From contig RSEE01000082.1 in the NCBI GenBank assembly GCA_003971905.1, forward strand, positions 248,001 through 308,333: DNA of 60,333 nucleotides, read 5' to 3'. Every line of letters begins with the position of its first letter. The first letter of the stretch is position 1. The stretch is from Moniliella sp. 'wahieum' (Eukaryota). A program made the position numbers and the translations under genes. Positions 37,727-50,112 of this stretch are shown here, piece by piece. A model generated the notes under the pieces. It had not been told where the DNA came from. It saw only the letters and a program-made list of their open reading frames with translations, and made no database searches.

Positions 37727-38301
37727 TGAGATCAACGACCAGGAGGCCGGGGCTAAGCAAGCCCTGGGGCGTACACGTCGGCCTTGGCCTCGGCCCAGGC
37801 TCAAGCACGTGCTGCGGCCGTGGCTGAGACGGAATCTGGAGCTGAACGTGGGATCGCGACGCCTCCCTTGCTGGGCCCCGACTCCTCGGTGTGGGCCCGC
37901 CCGCCCAACCTGTGCCCCGGCTCCAGGACGATGACATTGCTCGAGCTCGTAGCGGCTACTTGGTCGATTGGATCACTGGCTTGCTCCTCCTCTTGGTGGT
38001 CATCGCCGCCAGTGCCATCATTTTGTTGGCGGACGAAGGCAGTGTGCAGAGCAGCTACCAGTGAATCCTGCTGCTGCTGTATGGCTGTCCTATGTTGCTC
38101 TTTAATCTAGGCTGCATCGCAGGGTATCGCCCCATCGGGAGTCGGAGATAGGGAAGTCGCGGGCGAGCGGAGAATTCAGTTAGCGTGGGAGGGGGACCAC
38201 TTTTGGTACGCTAGGCGTCATAGCATTGCAGAGATAGGCTAGGGCGGAAGACAATTGCTTCTCCTCCGAAGAGAAGCAAGGGCCAAAGCAAAGCAAATGC
38301 A

Positions 38302-39498
38302 TTAGAAGTTCTTGATGACCGCGTCGGTGAACTCGGCGGTGGTGGACTTGCCGCCAACGTCGGGGTGCCAATGCGAGCTTCAGAGATGACATTGTACAGC
38401 GAGTTGGCAATCGTGTTGGCCTGTGCGTTGAGGCCGAGGTGACGGAGCATCATCGTCGACGAAAGCAGCATCGCGTCGGGTTGGCCTTGCCCGTGCCCTC
38501 AATGTCCTTGGCCACGTGACGGCAGCCAGGCTCGTACAGCGCGTATTCACGTCCAATGTTGGCACCGGGGATCACACCGGGGCCACCGACCAGGCAGCCA
38601 ATGTTCGACACAATGTTGCCGTACAGGTTGGGCGTGACCACGACATCGAACTGCTGCGGGTTGCTGACGAGCTGCATGGAAGTGTTGTCGACAATCATCG
38701 CGTTGTGCTCAATGCCGGTGGCTGTACTCCTTGGCCACCTCGTTGAAGGTGCGGAGGAAAAGACCGTCACCAAGCTTCATAATGTTGGCCTTGTGCACAC
38801 ACGTCACCTTCTTCCGCCCATTGCGCACAGCAAAGTCAAACGCGAAACGCGCGATCCGCTCCGCCTTGGCCCGCGTCGAAACCTTCAGCGACTCAACCAC
38901 GCCAGGGTAGGACTGGTGCTCCAGACCCGAGTACTCGCCCTCCGTGTTCTCACGGATGATGACAAAGTCCACGTTGGGGTGGCGCGTCGGGTGGCCGGGC
39001 AACGTCTTGCAAGCACCATCGAGGCGTAAATGTCGAGCTGCTGGCATGGCCACGTTCCACGAGTTGTGGCTGCCAGCCTCAATGGGGGTGTAGAAGATAC
39101 CTAGCATCGCATCCGTTAGCATTCTCCAGGGAAAACCAAGAAAAAAAAAACAAAACAAAACAAACGTACCCTTGAGACCGACCTTGTTGCGCTGGAGGGA
39201 TGCATGGCCTCCTGGAAGAGGGCCTCGGAGCCGTGCGTCTCGCCAGACACGTCAAACTCCTCCCACTCGACGGGCACGTTGAGCGACTCAACACCTGCTT
39301 GACCGAGTGCGTGACCTCCTTGCCAATGCCGTCACCAGGGCAGAGAGTCACCACCGACACACACACGCCGTACTTCTTGGGCAGAGCAGGGGGGTTGTCC
39401 ATGCTCAGGGTGCTCATGGCGCGCGCGGCGAGACGCGGGGCAGGGGCAGCGGCAGCGCGGACGCTGCGGGCAAGGCCAAGGCTGCGCGGGAGAGCCAT
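38302..39498 (-). CDS. IDH1: NAD-dependent isocitrate dehydrogenase, regulatory subunit 1
   Basis: [64 protein letters not shown]...PNLYG; mitochondrial-type presequence; one intron. Confidence 0.95.
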
Positions 39499-41126
39499 GT
39501 TGGAGAGTGGTGTGCGGGAGGGGGGAGGGCAAGGGGTGGCGACAGAGGTGGTGGTGGGGCGGCGGGGCAGGCGCCGAAGAAAGTGCAGACTGCGCTGCGA
39601 GCACCGAATCCGGCGCAAACGCAAACCGCGCAGGCCGACGCAAACACGCGCAAACCAGCCGCAAATCGGTGTGTTTTGGGTGCGTTTGCAGACAAGGAAC
39701 GAGAAGGCAACCAACGGGAAAACATCGGCGGAATTCTGCAGAAAAGGGGGCTCTGACGCGTGACGTACCTTGCTTCTGTGCGCCTTGCGGTCTGGAGCAG
39801 GGGAGGCGCGGCCGGGCATGCGCACAACCAGACTGCCCGCCTACCTGTTCCAGCTTCCTGCCCTGGCCGGCGGCCGCTGGACGCCAGGCGCAGGCTGAGG
39901 CTGGGACCTGAGACGGCGGAGGCCGGAAGATCCGGCGCAAGGCAGTGTCTGTGCGGATACTTTGCAGCCAACCATGCCATGTCCCGGCCAGACCTGAGCT
40001 ACCAGCGTCACTCTCGCTGGAAGCGTCACGCGTCACTGGTCAGTAGCCATTAGTCAAAGATCAGTTAGTCACTGGTTCTTACGTGGCACCCACTGCCGCC
40101 GGCTGCGACGCCTCCAGCTTCCTGGAGTGCGGATCAAGGGCCACACCCACGTGGAGCGGAGCAGGAGAGGATTCGATGTGGAGGTTCGGGGGAAACCGGC
40201 CAAGAAGTGCTCCATCCAAGTCATTCATCACGCGCTTCACACATTATCGCCATCGCATGCACCATGCATCTGCCTCTGGAAGCGGGATGTGCCTGGTGTG
40301 CCTGGAGGGGCGTGGCTGTCAAGAAGGATTTGTGTACGCCGCCTGGAAATCAAACTCAAGCCATTGCGGAGCAGCCATGCCGCAGATGCCCGATCGACCA
40401 CATCGCTAGAGTGGAGGCTACGCCCGCCTCGGCCTCAGGCACCCACACTGCACGGCCATCTGATGGGCGACTGCGCGCTGGCGCTGAGCCGTGGGTGCGC
40501 ATCTCAGCGACGTTGACCGGTAGCCTGCAACCGGGAACCTCGCCAGCCAGATCCCCACTCTGCCCGACCCCGTTGAAGTTCTACTCGTACACAACGTTGA
40601 CTAGTGATCCTAGCTGCTCGCTGTTCTGCGCGGTGTGTTGACACGCCGGCCGTCGAACTTTACCATACGTCATGCGTGTGGATCCGTGAGCATTTGAGAT
40701 GTGCGATCGATGTCAAATCAGAGATCGCATCGGAGAGAAGACTGAGCCCGTGCCTCCGCGCCACGGCCCCCTATCGACCACTCCAGCCGACCCCAGCGCC
40801 CAGCGCCCAGGCCCCAACAGCCTCAACGTGAACCCGCCCAATCCTCGCGCAGCCTTCCGGAGCCCCAGGCCAGGGCCAGAGCTTGGCGCCGGGCCAGCGC
40901 TCCGCTGCTCAGCGCTCAGTCTCAGCATCTTCCAAGCCAATGCGTGTCGACACACACCGCCGCCGAAACACACGCAAAAACATCCCCCCCTTCCCCCAAA
41001 ATGGCCGAAAACCCGCGCCATGAAAAAAGAAGAATTCCATTCCGCCCGCCCCGAGCCAGGTCGCTGCGTTCGGACGGCTGCTTCTCTCGCTCACACGCTA
41101 CCATCCTCCCCTTGCCGTCGCTCGTG

Positions 41127-42263
41127 ATGCTCGCCCTTCCTGCTCTTCGCACTGGCCTGCGCGCCGCGTCTGTTCGCCCTGTGGCCAGCGCGGCCATGCC
41201 CGCCTCGCCCGCGGCCTCCAGACCCCCGCCGGCGGACTGACCAACGCGTACGCCAAGAAGCCCGAGGCCGACGGCAAGTACCTCGTCACCCCCTCATCCC
41301 GGTGACGGCATTGGCCCCGAGGTGGCCGACGCTGTCAAGAACATTTACAATGCCGCCGACGTGCCCATCAAGTGGGAGGAGGTCGAGGTTACCCCCCTAC
41401 ATCAACGAGCAGGGCAAGTCCACCATCCCCGCCGAAGCGGTCAAGAGTATTCGTCAGAACACCGTCGCCCTCAAAGGTCCCCTTGCTACCCCAGTGGGCA
41501 AGGGCCACGTTTCGCTCAACCTGACCCTGCGCCGGACGTTCAAGTTGTACGCCAACGTGCGTCCCTGCCGCTCGATCGAGGGCTTCAAGACGGCCTACGA
41601 CAATGTCAACACCGTTCTCATCCGCGAGAACACCGAGGGCGAGTACTGGGACACGAGAGTGGATGCGTGGTGCAGTCGATCAAGCTGATCACGCTCGAGG
41701 CTTCGGAACGTGTGGCCCGGTACGCGTTCCACCACGCGCAACAGAGTGGCCGCAAGCGCGTCACGGCCGTGCACAAGGCCAACATTATGCGCATGTCCGA
41801 CGGCATGTTCCTCCACGCCTGCCGCGCCGTCGCCAAGGAACCTACCCCGACATTGCGTACGACGAGGACCTCCTCGACCGCGCTTGCCTGCGGATCGTGC
41901 AGGACCCCGCCCCTACTCGGACCGCGTGATGGTCATGCCCAACTTGTACGGTGACATTTTGTCCGACATGTGCGCCGGTCTGATTGGCGGTCTGGGCCTG
42001 ACCCCCTCGGGCAACATGGCTACGACGCTAGCATCTTTGAGGCTGTGCATGGCTCTGCCCCGGACATCCAGGGTATGGACAAGGCCAACCCGACCGCGCT
42101 GCTGCTTTCGTCATCATGATGCTGCGCCACATGAGCTTGTTCGACAAGGCCGACAAGATTGAGGCGGCTGTTTTCAAGGCCATCGCCGAGGGCCAACGCA
42201 CCGGACTTGGGCGGCAAGCTCGGCACCCGTGCCTTTACCGACGAGATCATCAAGCGCCTCTAA
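41127..42263 (+). CDS. IDH2: NAD-dependent isocitrate dehydrogenase, catalytic subunit 2
   Basis: [80 protein letters not shown]. Confidence 0.95.
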
Positions 42264-43948
42264 TCTGCTGACACCTGGTCCCGCCGTACCCCTGCCGATG
42301 TGGGCGAGCAAGCGATAATCCTATCACCTTCGCTTAGGTCCACTGTCTGTTGCGTTGTGTCTTGGAATAGAGCTGGTGCAGTAGCAGGACAGGAACGCGA
42401 TGCTGGTATAGGTGAATGGAATCCAGTCGGGCTGCTAGGGAAACAGATGCGAGCCAGGCAACGAAAGAGCAACCAAGCAAGGAAGCGTGTTGAAAATCTC
42501 TTTTGCCTTGTGGGCCAGGAGAGTGTTTAGTAGATATATTGGCGGTACTACACCCCCCTGGGAGGGCCGCACGGGCGTGGGCCCTCGACCTTTGAGTTTG
42601 ACACACGTTACGTTGCACGAGTGGGCTGCCCATCAAAACGGATCTATATTTGGCTCCCGCTGGCTCGAGCAAGGGCTTCAAGGCTGTGGAAACGCAGGGT
42701 TACACCGAAGGACGAAGTTGCCGATGCGGCGCCTCAGGACCTGCCCTCGGTTCCCCCACAAGAAGCCACCCATGCCAAAGTTCATAGCGGCGGGAAACGG
42801 CCACCTTTGGTTCATCCCGTGCAACGGTTTGCGCTACAATGACACTGCATCACTCTGCTGAACGGACTCCCGTCCCAATCCACACTGAGATGACATCCGT
42901 CTGTGAGTGTTGGACGGTGGCGCGCCCGTCCATTCCACGACGCTACACCGCTGTGGGGTGGATGTGGAGCTTGTAGGGACTATTGCCGTGCCGGGCTGTC
43001 ATTGCTTTACGCTCGACAGCATATGGCGGCCAGGCGTAGGGTCAGTCAAATAAGACATTCCGCTTGGTGTGCAAGGTAGGCCTCTCTGACGGCCTTGCTT
43101 CCTGTCCCATACTGAACTTGACGAGTACGTCGCGGACGTCGGTTCCTGAGCATTGCCCGGTGGTAGCCGACAGGAGATGGCGGATGGAGCATGAGTTACT
43201 GCGTACTGATCACAGGGATGATGCGGCTGAGCAGATGAGGCCGAGTGTGCTCCGACTGGGCGGACAGCCGAGACGGAAGACGAGCCGAGGGAGCCGGCTT
43301 TTGTTTTGTTTGCTTTGTGTTTTACTGATGGGGCGCCGAGCGCAGATCGGGCGAGAGATATCAATGTGTCAGGGAGCGCGCACAGGGCCAGTGTTGGCCA
43401 TCCAGATCGTGAGATTGAGACGGTGGGTTACCGGCTGCGGACGCTTCTGGGCATATCTCCGACGCACGGGCCGCCGGATGGAAGGGTAGCGGACCCGCCT
43501 CCAGCTCCTGTGGAGGCCGGAATGGAGCTACATCAGGCTGCTGTCACATGTCATTGCAGCCCCTTCCTCCCGCCCCAAGGCCAGACGATCCTGATCCTGA
43601 TCTTATTCTTAGTACAGTGTGGCAGTTGCAGGGACGCCACCGCACACCACGCAGCCCCGCTGCCTAGTAGTGCCCAAAAAAACCCCATTTTGTCACACCT
43701 CGACGATGGACGTTTCTTCGGGGATTGTCGATTGTTCGTTCGGACGATTGGCGGCAGCGCTATTTTCTCTGTTAGCGCTTCGCACAATCAACCTTCGAGC
43801 TTCAAGCTTCAACCCCTTCTTCCGTTGTCACATCCCGACCCCGACCACCACCCTCGCCCATCAGCGCTTCAAAAGCCAAGCTTTCACGCCCCGCCCTCCA
43901 CGCCAACCCCGCCTCCTGTGGCCGCCCCCATCGGCTCGCTTGCGGCTC

Positions 43949-45704
43949 ATGCGTCTCCCGCCTGCCCGGCTCTGCGTGGCAGCGCGTCGCGGCGTCGCGG
44001 CTGTGGTCCTACCGTCTGACCCTCTTGGCCGCGCCCTCGCTCGTCCCACGCTGGTCGTCGTCAATGGCATCATCTGGGCCTTGGCCGCCGGCATTCTGCC
44101 CCACAAAATCCTTGGCTTTGCCTGCTGGCTTGGACCACCGGCTTGCGCCACGCCCTCGATGCCGACCACATCACTGCCATCGATAACACTGTCCCGCCGC
44201 ATCATGAGCGGTGCCGGCCCCGCCCGACCCGCCCCAGTCCCATAAACAGTTCCGACGCGCTTGCGCTTTGGCGCAAACCCGCCCCTCCCCCGCCCCCACG
44301 CTGAACAGCCGACGGAACCAGAGGCTGTCGCGGACGAGCTAGGCGCCGATGATGCCATTGTTGCTCACCCTCACCCCCACCCCCACCCTCCACCTCCACC
44401 TCCACCTTCCGACGACTACCTCGATCCTGGCCAGGTCGGCCCTGAGGACGCTGTTGCGCCCGATGCGCATCATCGCCTGCCCACCCCCATCACCGCTGGC
44501 TCCTTCTTCAGCCTGGGCCACTCTACCATTGATTGCGGTCATTATTGCCGTGGCCGTTCGGCCGCTGTGGCTGGCAACCTGGGTTCAGCCTCTAGTGTGG
44601 GCAATGTGATTGGCACGTCTGTCTCGGGGGGCTGCTAATGATTTTGGGGCTGATCAATCTGTGTATTCTTATCTCATCCATCGCCGCCTGAGAAACTCAG
44701 CACGCTTGCGAGCCGCCGAGGCGGGAGATGCCGAGGCGGAATGGTGTGTTGCAATGGCGTCCTAATGGCTGCTTGAGCGTGCTGGCCATGCCCTTGCTCC
44801 GAGCGACCGATCGCGCTTGGAAACTGTACCCGATCGGTGTCCTCTTTGGCTTGGGCTTCGATACTTCCTCCACCATTGCCGTCATCAGCGTCTCGGCCCT
44901 GGCCACCATCGACGCGCCCAAAAGGCACAATGCAAGTGTCGTCCTATTTGCCTTCCTCTTTGCTGCGGGCATGTGTCTCGTCGACTCACTCGATAGCATC
45001 ATGGCCGTGTACGTCTATGCGCCCAGTAGGTGGCCAATCGGTTTGCGCTGTTTGAACGTCGCTGACACCGCCTCGGGCACAAAACAGAACAATTGCAACC
45101 CGATGCGGAGGACTGCAAAGAGAAGCGCCAAGATACCAAGACCGCCGTACCCGTCGAGCCCTCGGCAAGAAAGATGACGTAGACGAGGAACAGGTGGGAT
45201 GGTCCCGGTGCTGTCAGAGGAAGGCGGCGGAAAGGCGCCCAGCCCACCTGGAACGTAAGGCCCTGCTCACGATGATCGGTCCAGCTACCCAAATCCACTG
45301 CTCATGACATTGCTCAGCATCCTCATCGCATTCGCCATTGGCTTGATCCAGATCCTGTCCTTGATTGGCAGTCGGTGCACCCAATGTGCCGCCGCGGCCG
45401 AACGGCAGCAGGAGCACGGCGATGGCGGCCTGGCCGGCCGCTGGTGGCTTGCCTGGCAAAACGCGGCGGACAATTTGACCTACATTGGAGCTGGCATCGC
45501 AGGCTTCTTCTTTGCCGTGCTCATCACCGTCATCTTGGCACGGTGGTACTTTTCGGCCCGGCTAAGCGCCGTGCTCACGCCGAGACGGCCGCTCCGTTGC
45601 CTTACTCGGCCCAAGGCACGCGGAGGGGATGCGTCGGACAACAGGTTCTCGAAGCGGACCGGGCGCCGGGGGCGCCGACGCTAGAGTCGGACGCAAAGGG
45701 GTAA
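43949..45704 (+). CDS. NIC1: High-affinity nickel/cobalt transporter (NiCoT, HoxN family)
   Basis: RHALDADHITAIDN, FFSLGHSTI, YPIGVLFGLGFDT, LFAAGMCLVDSLD motifs spread over frameshifted ORFs. Confidence 0.9.
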
Positions 45705-45723
45705 ATGCAATCTCACAGTCATA

Positions 45724-46395
45724 CTAGGTCCATCTCGTTGCGTAGGTCCGAGTCGCCGGGGGCGCGGTAGGAACAGACAGAGGCGATGGGAAACAAAGTT
45801 GCGCTCGAGTGGCTAGAGGCAGGGAAGCAGGGTCAGTCAGGTGGATGCAAATGGCAGAGCAAGAAGAGACACAACAACAACATACGTCTGTCGCTGTCCT
45901 GGCTGTCGAGGAGGAGCAAGAGCTGGCGCTGCTGGTGCACGGACCACTCGCCGCCAGGCAGACGGTCGGCCACGTCGTGCGCGTCGGCAAGCCGCTTGAG
46001 GCGCTGGGACAGCGCCACCAGGTCTTCCTGCAGCTGGGTCGGGCGGGACTGGGCCACGGGCGCGCGCGGCTCCAAGTCCATGTCCCACGTGGCCAAGTCG
46101 CGTCTCCTCCATGCCGACCATGACGGGCGCAAACTGGGGGGCGAGGAGGGGCAGCAGCGGCATCCGGGGCGGGTGTGCTGCTGCTGCTGCTGCTGGGCGG
46201 CCTGGGCCTGGGCGTCGGCCTCGGGGTCGCGCTCTGGAGCGAGTCGGGGTCGTCGGCGGCGGTGGCGAGGCGGCGGCAGATGGTGCGGAAGAGCGGGAAG
46301 AGCTGGAGCGCGACGGCTGGTCGCGTCGGGGCGCGCGGGGCCATGGCAGGTGGAGGCGGAGGCGGAGGCGGCGGCGGCGGTGCTGCGGGCGGCAT
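45724..46395 (-). CDS. Possible Mediator subunit Med9/Cse2-like protein
   Basis: LSQRLKRLADAHDVADRLPGGEWSVHQQRQLLLLL resembles the Med9 helical hairpin (recognised from memory only); probable intron near the 3' end. Confidence 0.45.
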   Translation of the reverse strand: MPPAAPPPPPPPPPPPAMAPRAPTRPAVALQLFPLFRTICRRLATAADDPDSLQSATPRPTPRPRPPSSSSSSTPAPDAAAAPPRPPVCARHGRHGGDATWPRGTWTWSRARPWPSPARPSCRKTWWRCPSASSGLPTRTTWPTVCLAASGPCTSSASSCSSSTARTATDVCCCCVSSCSAICIHLTDPASLPLATRAQLCFPSPLSVPTAPPATRTYATRWT

Positions 46396-46626
46396 GGATC
46401 CGTCGCGCGTGCCGCCGCCTCCACTGCTCGGCGCGGCGAGCGGAACGGCGCGTTCCGCCGATGCGGCATCCGCCCAGTGTGGGCGGGGCTGGCGCGGGGC
46501 AAGCGGGGCGCGGGCGGCGCTTACGCAAGCAGACGGGGGGCGCCGGCGGGCGTTCTTCCGCAGTCCGGCGCTCCCACCCACACGCCCAGCACCCAACACC
46601 CCCAGCCCCACCACCCCACCAGCCAG

Positions 46627-47871
46627 ATGGTGACCACGGTACGTGCGAAGCCACACCACCACCCGGCCGCCGGCCGAGCCCAGCCCCGCCTGGCCCCGCC
46701 GCGCCCCCGCCGCCTCCTCCTCTCCTCTCCCTCCCCCGGCGCAGTGCAGCCGCCGAGCCCGCCGTCCTCGCCGTCCCGCCCGGCGGCCCCGCACTCCGCC
46801 CCGCCCCCCCCCCCCCGGTACTGACTGGACACTCTCCGCTTCTCCCCCCGCCCTGCTGCCTCCTCTCCGCTCTGTGCGTCCTCCTCCGCTGCGCCCCCCG
46901 CTGACCTGCCCCCTCCCCAGCCGAATCCTGGAGCCCGCGCGACGCTCCCGCCAGCCCCAACCGCCGCAGCCTCAGCCCCGCCCCCCGCCCCGACGACGAC
47001 GCCGACGTTCGCCGCGCGACCCGAACGCGACTATGACGACCGTGACGCCCGCCGTGGTGAGTATGACGACCGCCCTCCCCCCGGCCGGTACGACCGCGAC
47101 GACCGCCTGCCCTCGCGCCCCGACCCCCAGGATGCCAACCCCGGCAACAACCTCCACGTCTCGGGCGTGTCCAAACTGCTCGACGAGCACCAGCTCGAGG
47201 AGGCATTTACCAAGTTTGGCAAGGTTTGTCCGTCTTCCTCCTTTCTTGCTGCCGCGCAAGCGTCGCGTGGATGCGGGATGCTGACCATGGGCGCTGCGAA
47301 CAGGTAACCAAGACGCAGATCATGTATGACCCGCACTCGCGCGAATCGCGTGGGTTTGCTTTTGTGACGTATGAAACAGCTGAGGAGGCAGATGCGGCGA
47401 TTGAAGGCATGAATGGCGTCGAGCTTTCGGGCCGCACGCTGGTTGTGCAGAAAGCACGCCGTGGTCGTGCGCGCAGCCCGACGCCTGGTCGCTACCGCGG
47501 ACCACCCAAGAGTACGTCCCTCCCTTTGTTTGCCTGCTTGTCCCGTTCGGACGAATGGACCATACTGACGCGGTTTCTCCGGCCGTGGTGGGCCTGGCGG
47601 TGGCTATGGACGCGGAGGGTACGATCGCTATGGCGGACCACCGCGTGGCTACCCCCCTCCTCGCGACATGGACGCCTGGGGGCCGCCTCCGGACCGCTAT
47701 CCCCCGCGTGGATACGATCGGTACGGCTACCCACCCCCGCCGCGCGATTACATGCCCCCGCGCGGAGGTTACCGCGACTACAGCCCCCGCCCTCGATGCG
47801 TCGGTACGACGATTATGCTCGCCCGCCGCCCCCGCCGCGTGGGTACGACGATATGCCCCCCTCGCCACTAA
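46627..47871 (+). CDS. Tra2/SR45a-like RRM splicing regulator
   Basis: NPGNNLHVSG (RNP2), DPHSRESRGFAFV (RNP1), KARRGRARSPTPGRY; R/D/Y/P-rich flanks; introns at ~46639-46920 and ~47224-47303. Confidence 0.88.
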
Positions 47872-48017
47872 ATTCGCCTTGCCCGTGCCGAGCCCCTGCT
47901 CGTTCCTCGCGGCTCGCCATGGACCGTCAACGACCCTCTTCGCCCCGCGATGTTCGTCCACTCTCGGTTCCACTCGTGGGGTTTTTTTTTCCGCCGCCCC
48001 ACCACCAGCGTGACTAG

Positions 48018-48275
48018 TGCGATGCGATACGATGAGTTGAGATGCGATGCGATGCGATGAGATGGGATGCGATAAGATGAGAAGCGAGTCGTCCGGCCTC
48101 GCCGCCTCGTTGGCCCAAGTCCAGTCTGGTAGTTCTCCCCTCTCTCCTTCGAGTTGTTTGTGCCCCCTCCCCCCTCTTCCCATTCCTTGTTCTGTGCCCC
48201 TGCTCCTGCTTCTGCTTCTGCTTCTATTCCTGCGCCGGCTCCTGCTCCTGCTCCTGTTCCTTCCTCCTGCTTCTG
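48018..48275. repeat. (GATGC)n and (CTGCTY)n microsatellites
   Basis: Read directly from the sequence. Confidence 0.8.
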
Positions 48276-48891
48276 TATGGGGACGTAAAGGGTCCTTGGT
48301 GGTGAGACGCTGTAGTGTCGAATCGATCCAGTACGCTCGCCTTGTTTCTTGTTTCGGGTTCGGGTTCGGGGCCGAGCGATTGTGGACGATAGCTGGCGAC
48401 AATGGGCGATAGTGGGGATAGTGGGCATTAATGGTCCACCATGTGCCATGATGGATCAAGGCACGCGGCCATGGTAGGTCACCTCCAGCAGGTGGCCGGG
48501 TCCACCGAGCTTAGTATTTCGTTCGTACGTCCCGTGCATGTATACTGGGCGAGGCCTGGCTCTCGTGGAAGTATTAAGTGGCCCGACAGGCCGCCACGAT
48601 TCTTCTTCGGTGTATTCTATGCACTGGCGGCAGAGAGACGTGAGTTGGTACTTGCAACCCCAGTCGCTATGATGCCTGGCGCAACGCATATTAATGCGTA
48701 ACCATTCATGCATCCACGACGGTCCGGGTAAGGTCGGCTCAGCGAACCGCAACGTACATTGGTAGTATCCATCATCCCACCCCCTGCACTTGTACCTCGT
48801 CAGGCTGCTCCTCCTGCTGTGCATGCCGAATGATGATTGGGGCCAAAGGCAAGGAAAACATGGCCCAGCCTTGGCGTCCATGCCAAAAAGG

Positions 48892-48990
48892 CGTTCCATG
48901 TTGGGCTCGAACCAACGACCTCCCGATGTCCACGGGACCTGGGCCGCTTGGGTAACAGTCGGACGCTCTAGCCAACTGAGCTAATGGAAC
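48892..48990 (-). tRNA. tRNA-Asn(GUU) with a ~25-nt intron
   Basis: GTTCCAT/ATGGAAC acceptor stem; TAGCTCAGTTGG A box; CT-GTT-A anticodon; GGTTCGAGCC B box; T5 terminator. Confidence 0.95.
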
Positions 48991-49950
48991 ACATGCCGCA
49001 GCGGCATCCTATTCGGTTAGTATGGGATCCAGGCAGAGCACACCATTGGACCCATTAACGCATCGCATCGCACCTACTTCGTGGCACTACGGACCAGGAC
49101 AACGGAACCAAAGGAATAATTTCTTGTAGACGAGGAAATGCGAGCCGATACGTTACTGCTGAGCATCATTGCTTTCGAGTGAGCCTACTCCGCATCTTCA
49201 CGATGCCGGGAACATATCGTAATGATCCTGGTGACCCAGCGATGTCCTAAGTGCACTGTAGAGGGTGGAGAAGAGTACTTCTGGGGGGAGAGTGATGGCA
49301 AGGCGGGCCATGAACGGTTGGGCATGGACGAGGGTCCAAAGATGGTTGCGGCTCCTCAGAGGTGAACAAGAGGGAGGAGTCCGTTAGTACGCATGCGAGC
49401 TAGTAAGAACGGAGGGTGCTGAAGGAGGAGAATGGTAGGTGCGTTTAATTTCACAGTTAGAACTGTGGTGCATTCACCATTCTATGGCCGTGGATGCTGA
49501 CGGAGGTAGAGTGTGGGGATATGGCGGCACACGCATTGGTCTATGTACGGGGATAGAGCAGGCCCGTTGGGGGGGACTGTTGCGGGAGGAATCATGCACT
49601 GGGACTCCAGTGCGTGCCGTGAGAACACTATACCGGTCGAGTGACCTTCCTTATCAGTCAGTGTCAGCAGGGGTTAGTAGTACACAATCAAGAGTAAGTG
49701 AGTCTGTATATACAATCGAACCCTGAGGGAGGTGGCTCGAAGCCGATCCGCAACGGGCGGGCGGGAGGATGGAAAACAGCAAAAAGTGCACTTTTCGTTT
49801 CCACTCTTTTTTCATTGCCATTTTGTCGAATGGATCGGTAGGGTTGGCATTGAGGGACGTAAAGGCCCCCTCTCTCTGAAGAGAGGGGGGGGGCGAGGTG
49901 CCGATTATGCGGTACTTCAATCAGGGCCTCGACTGACCTTTCGACCAGTG

Positions 49951-50078
49951 AGGGACAGTGGGAGTCTCGTTAATCCATTCATGCGTGTCACGAATTAAAT
50001 GACGAGGCATTTGGCTACCTTAAGAGGGTCATAGTTACTCCCCGTCCGTTTACCCGCGCTTGGTTGAATCTCTTCACT

Positions 50079-50112
<34 letters not shown>

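Noticed and set aside
25699..45704. Cluster of pseudogenes
   Set aside because: Only indels with fully conserved motifs, including an essential-type ribosomal protein gene; better explained by sequencing error
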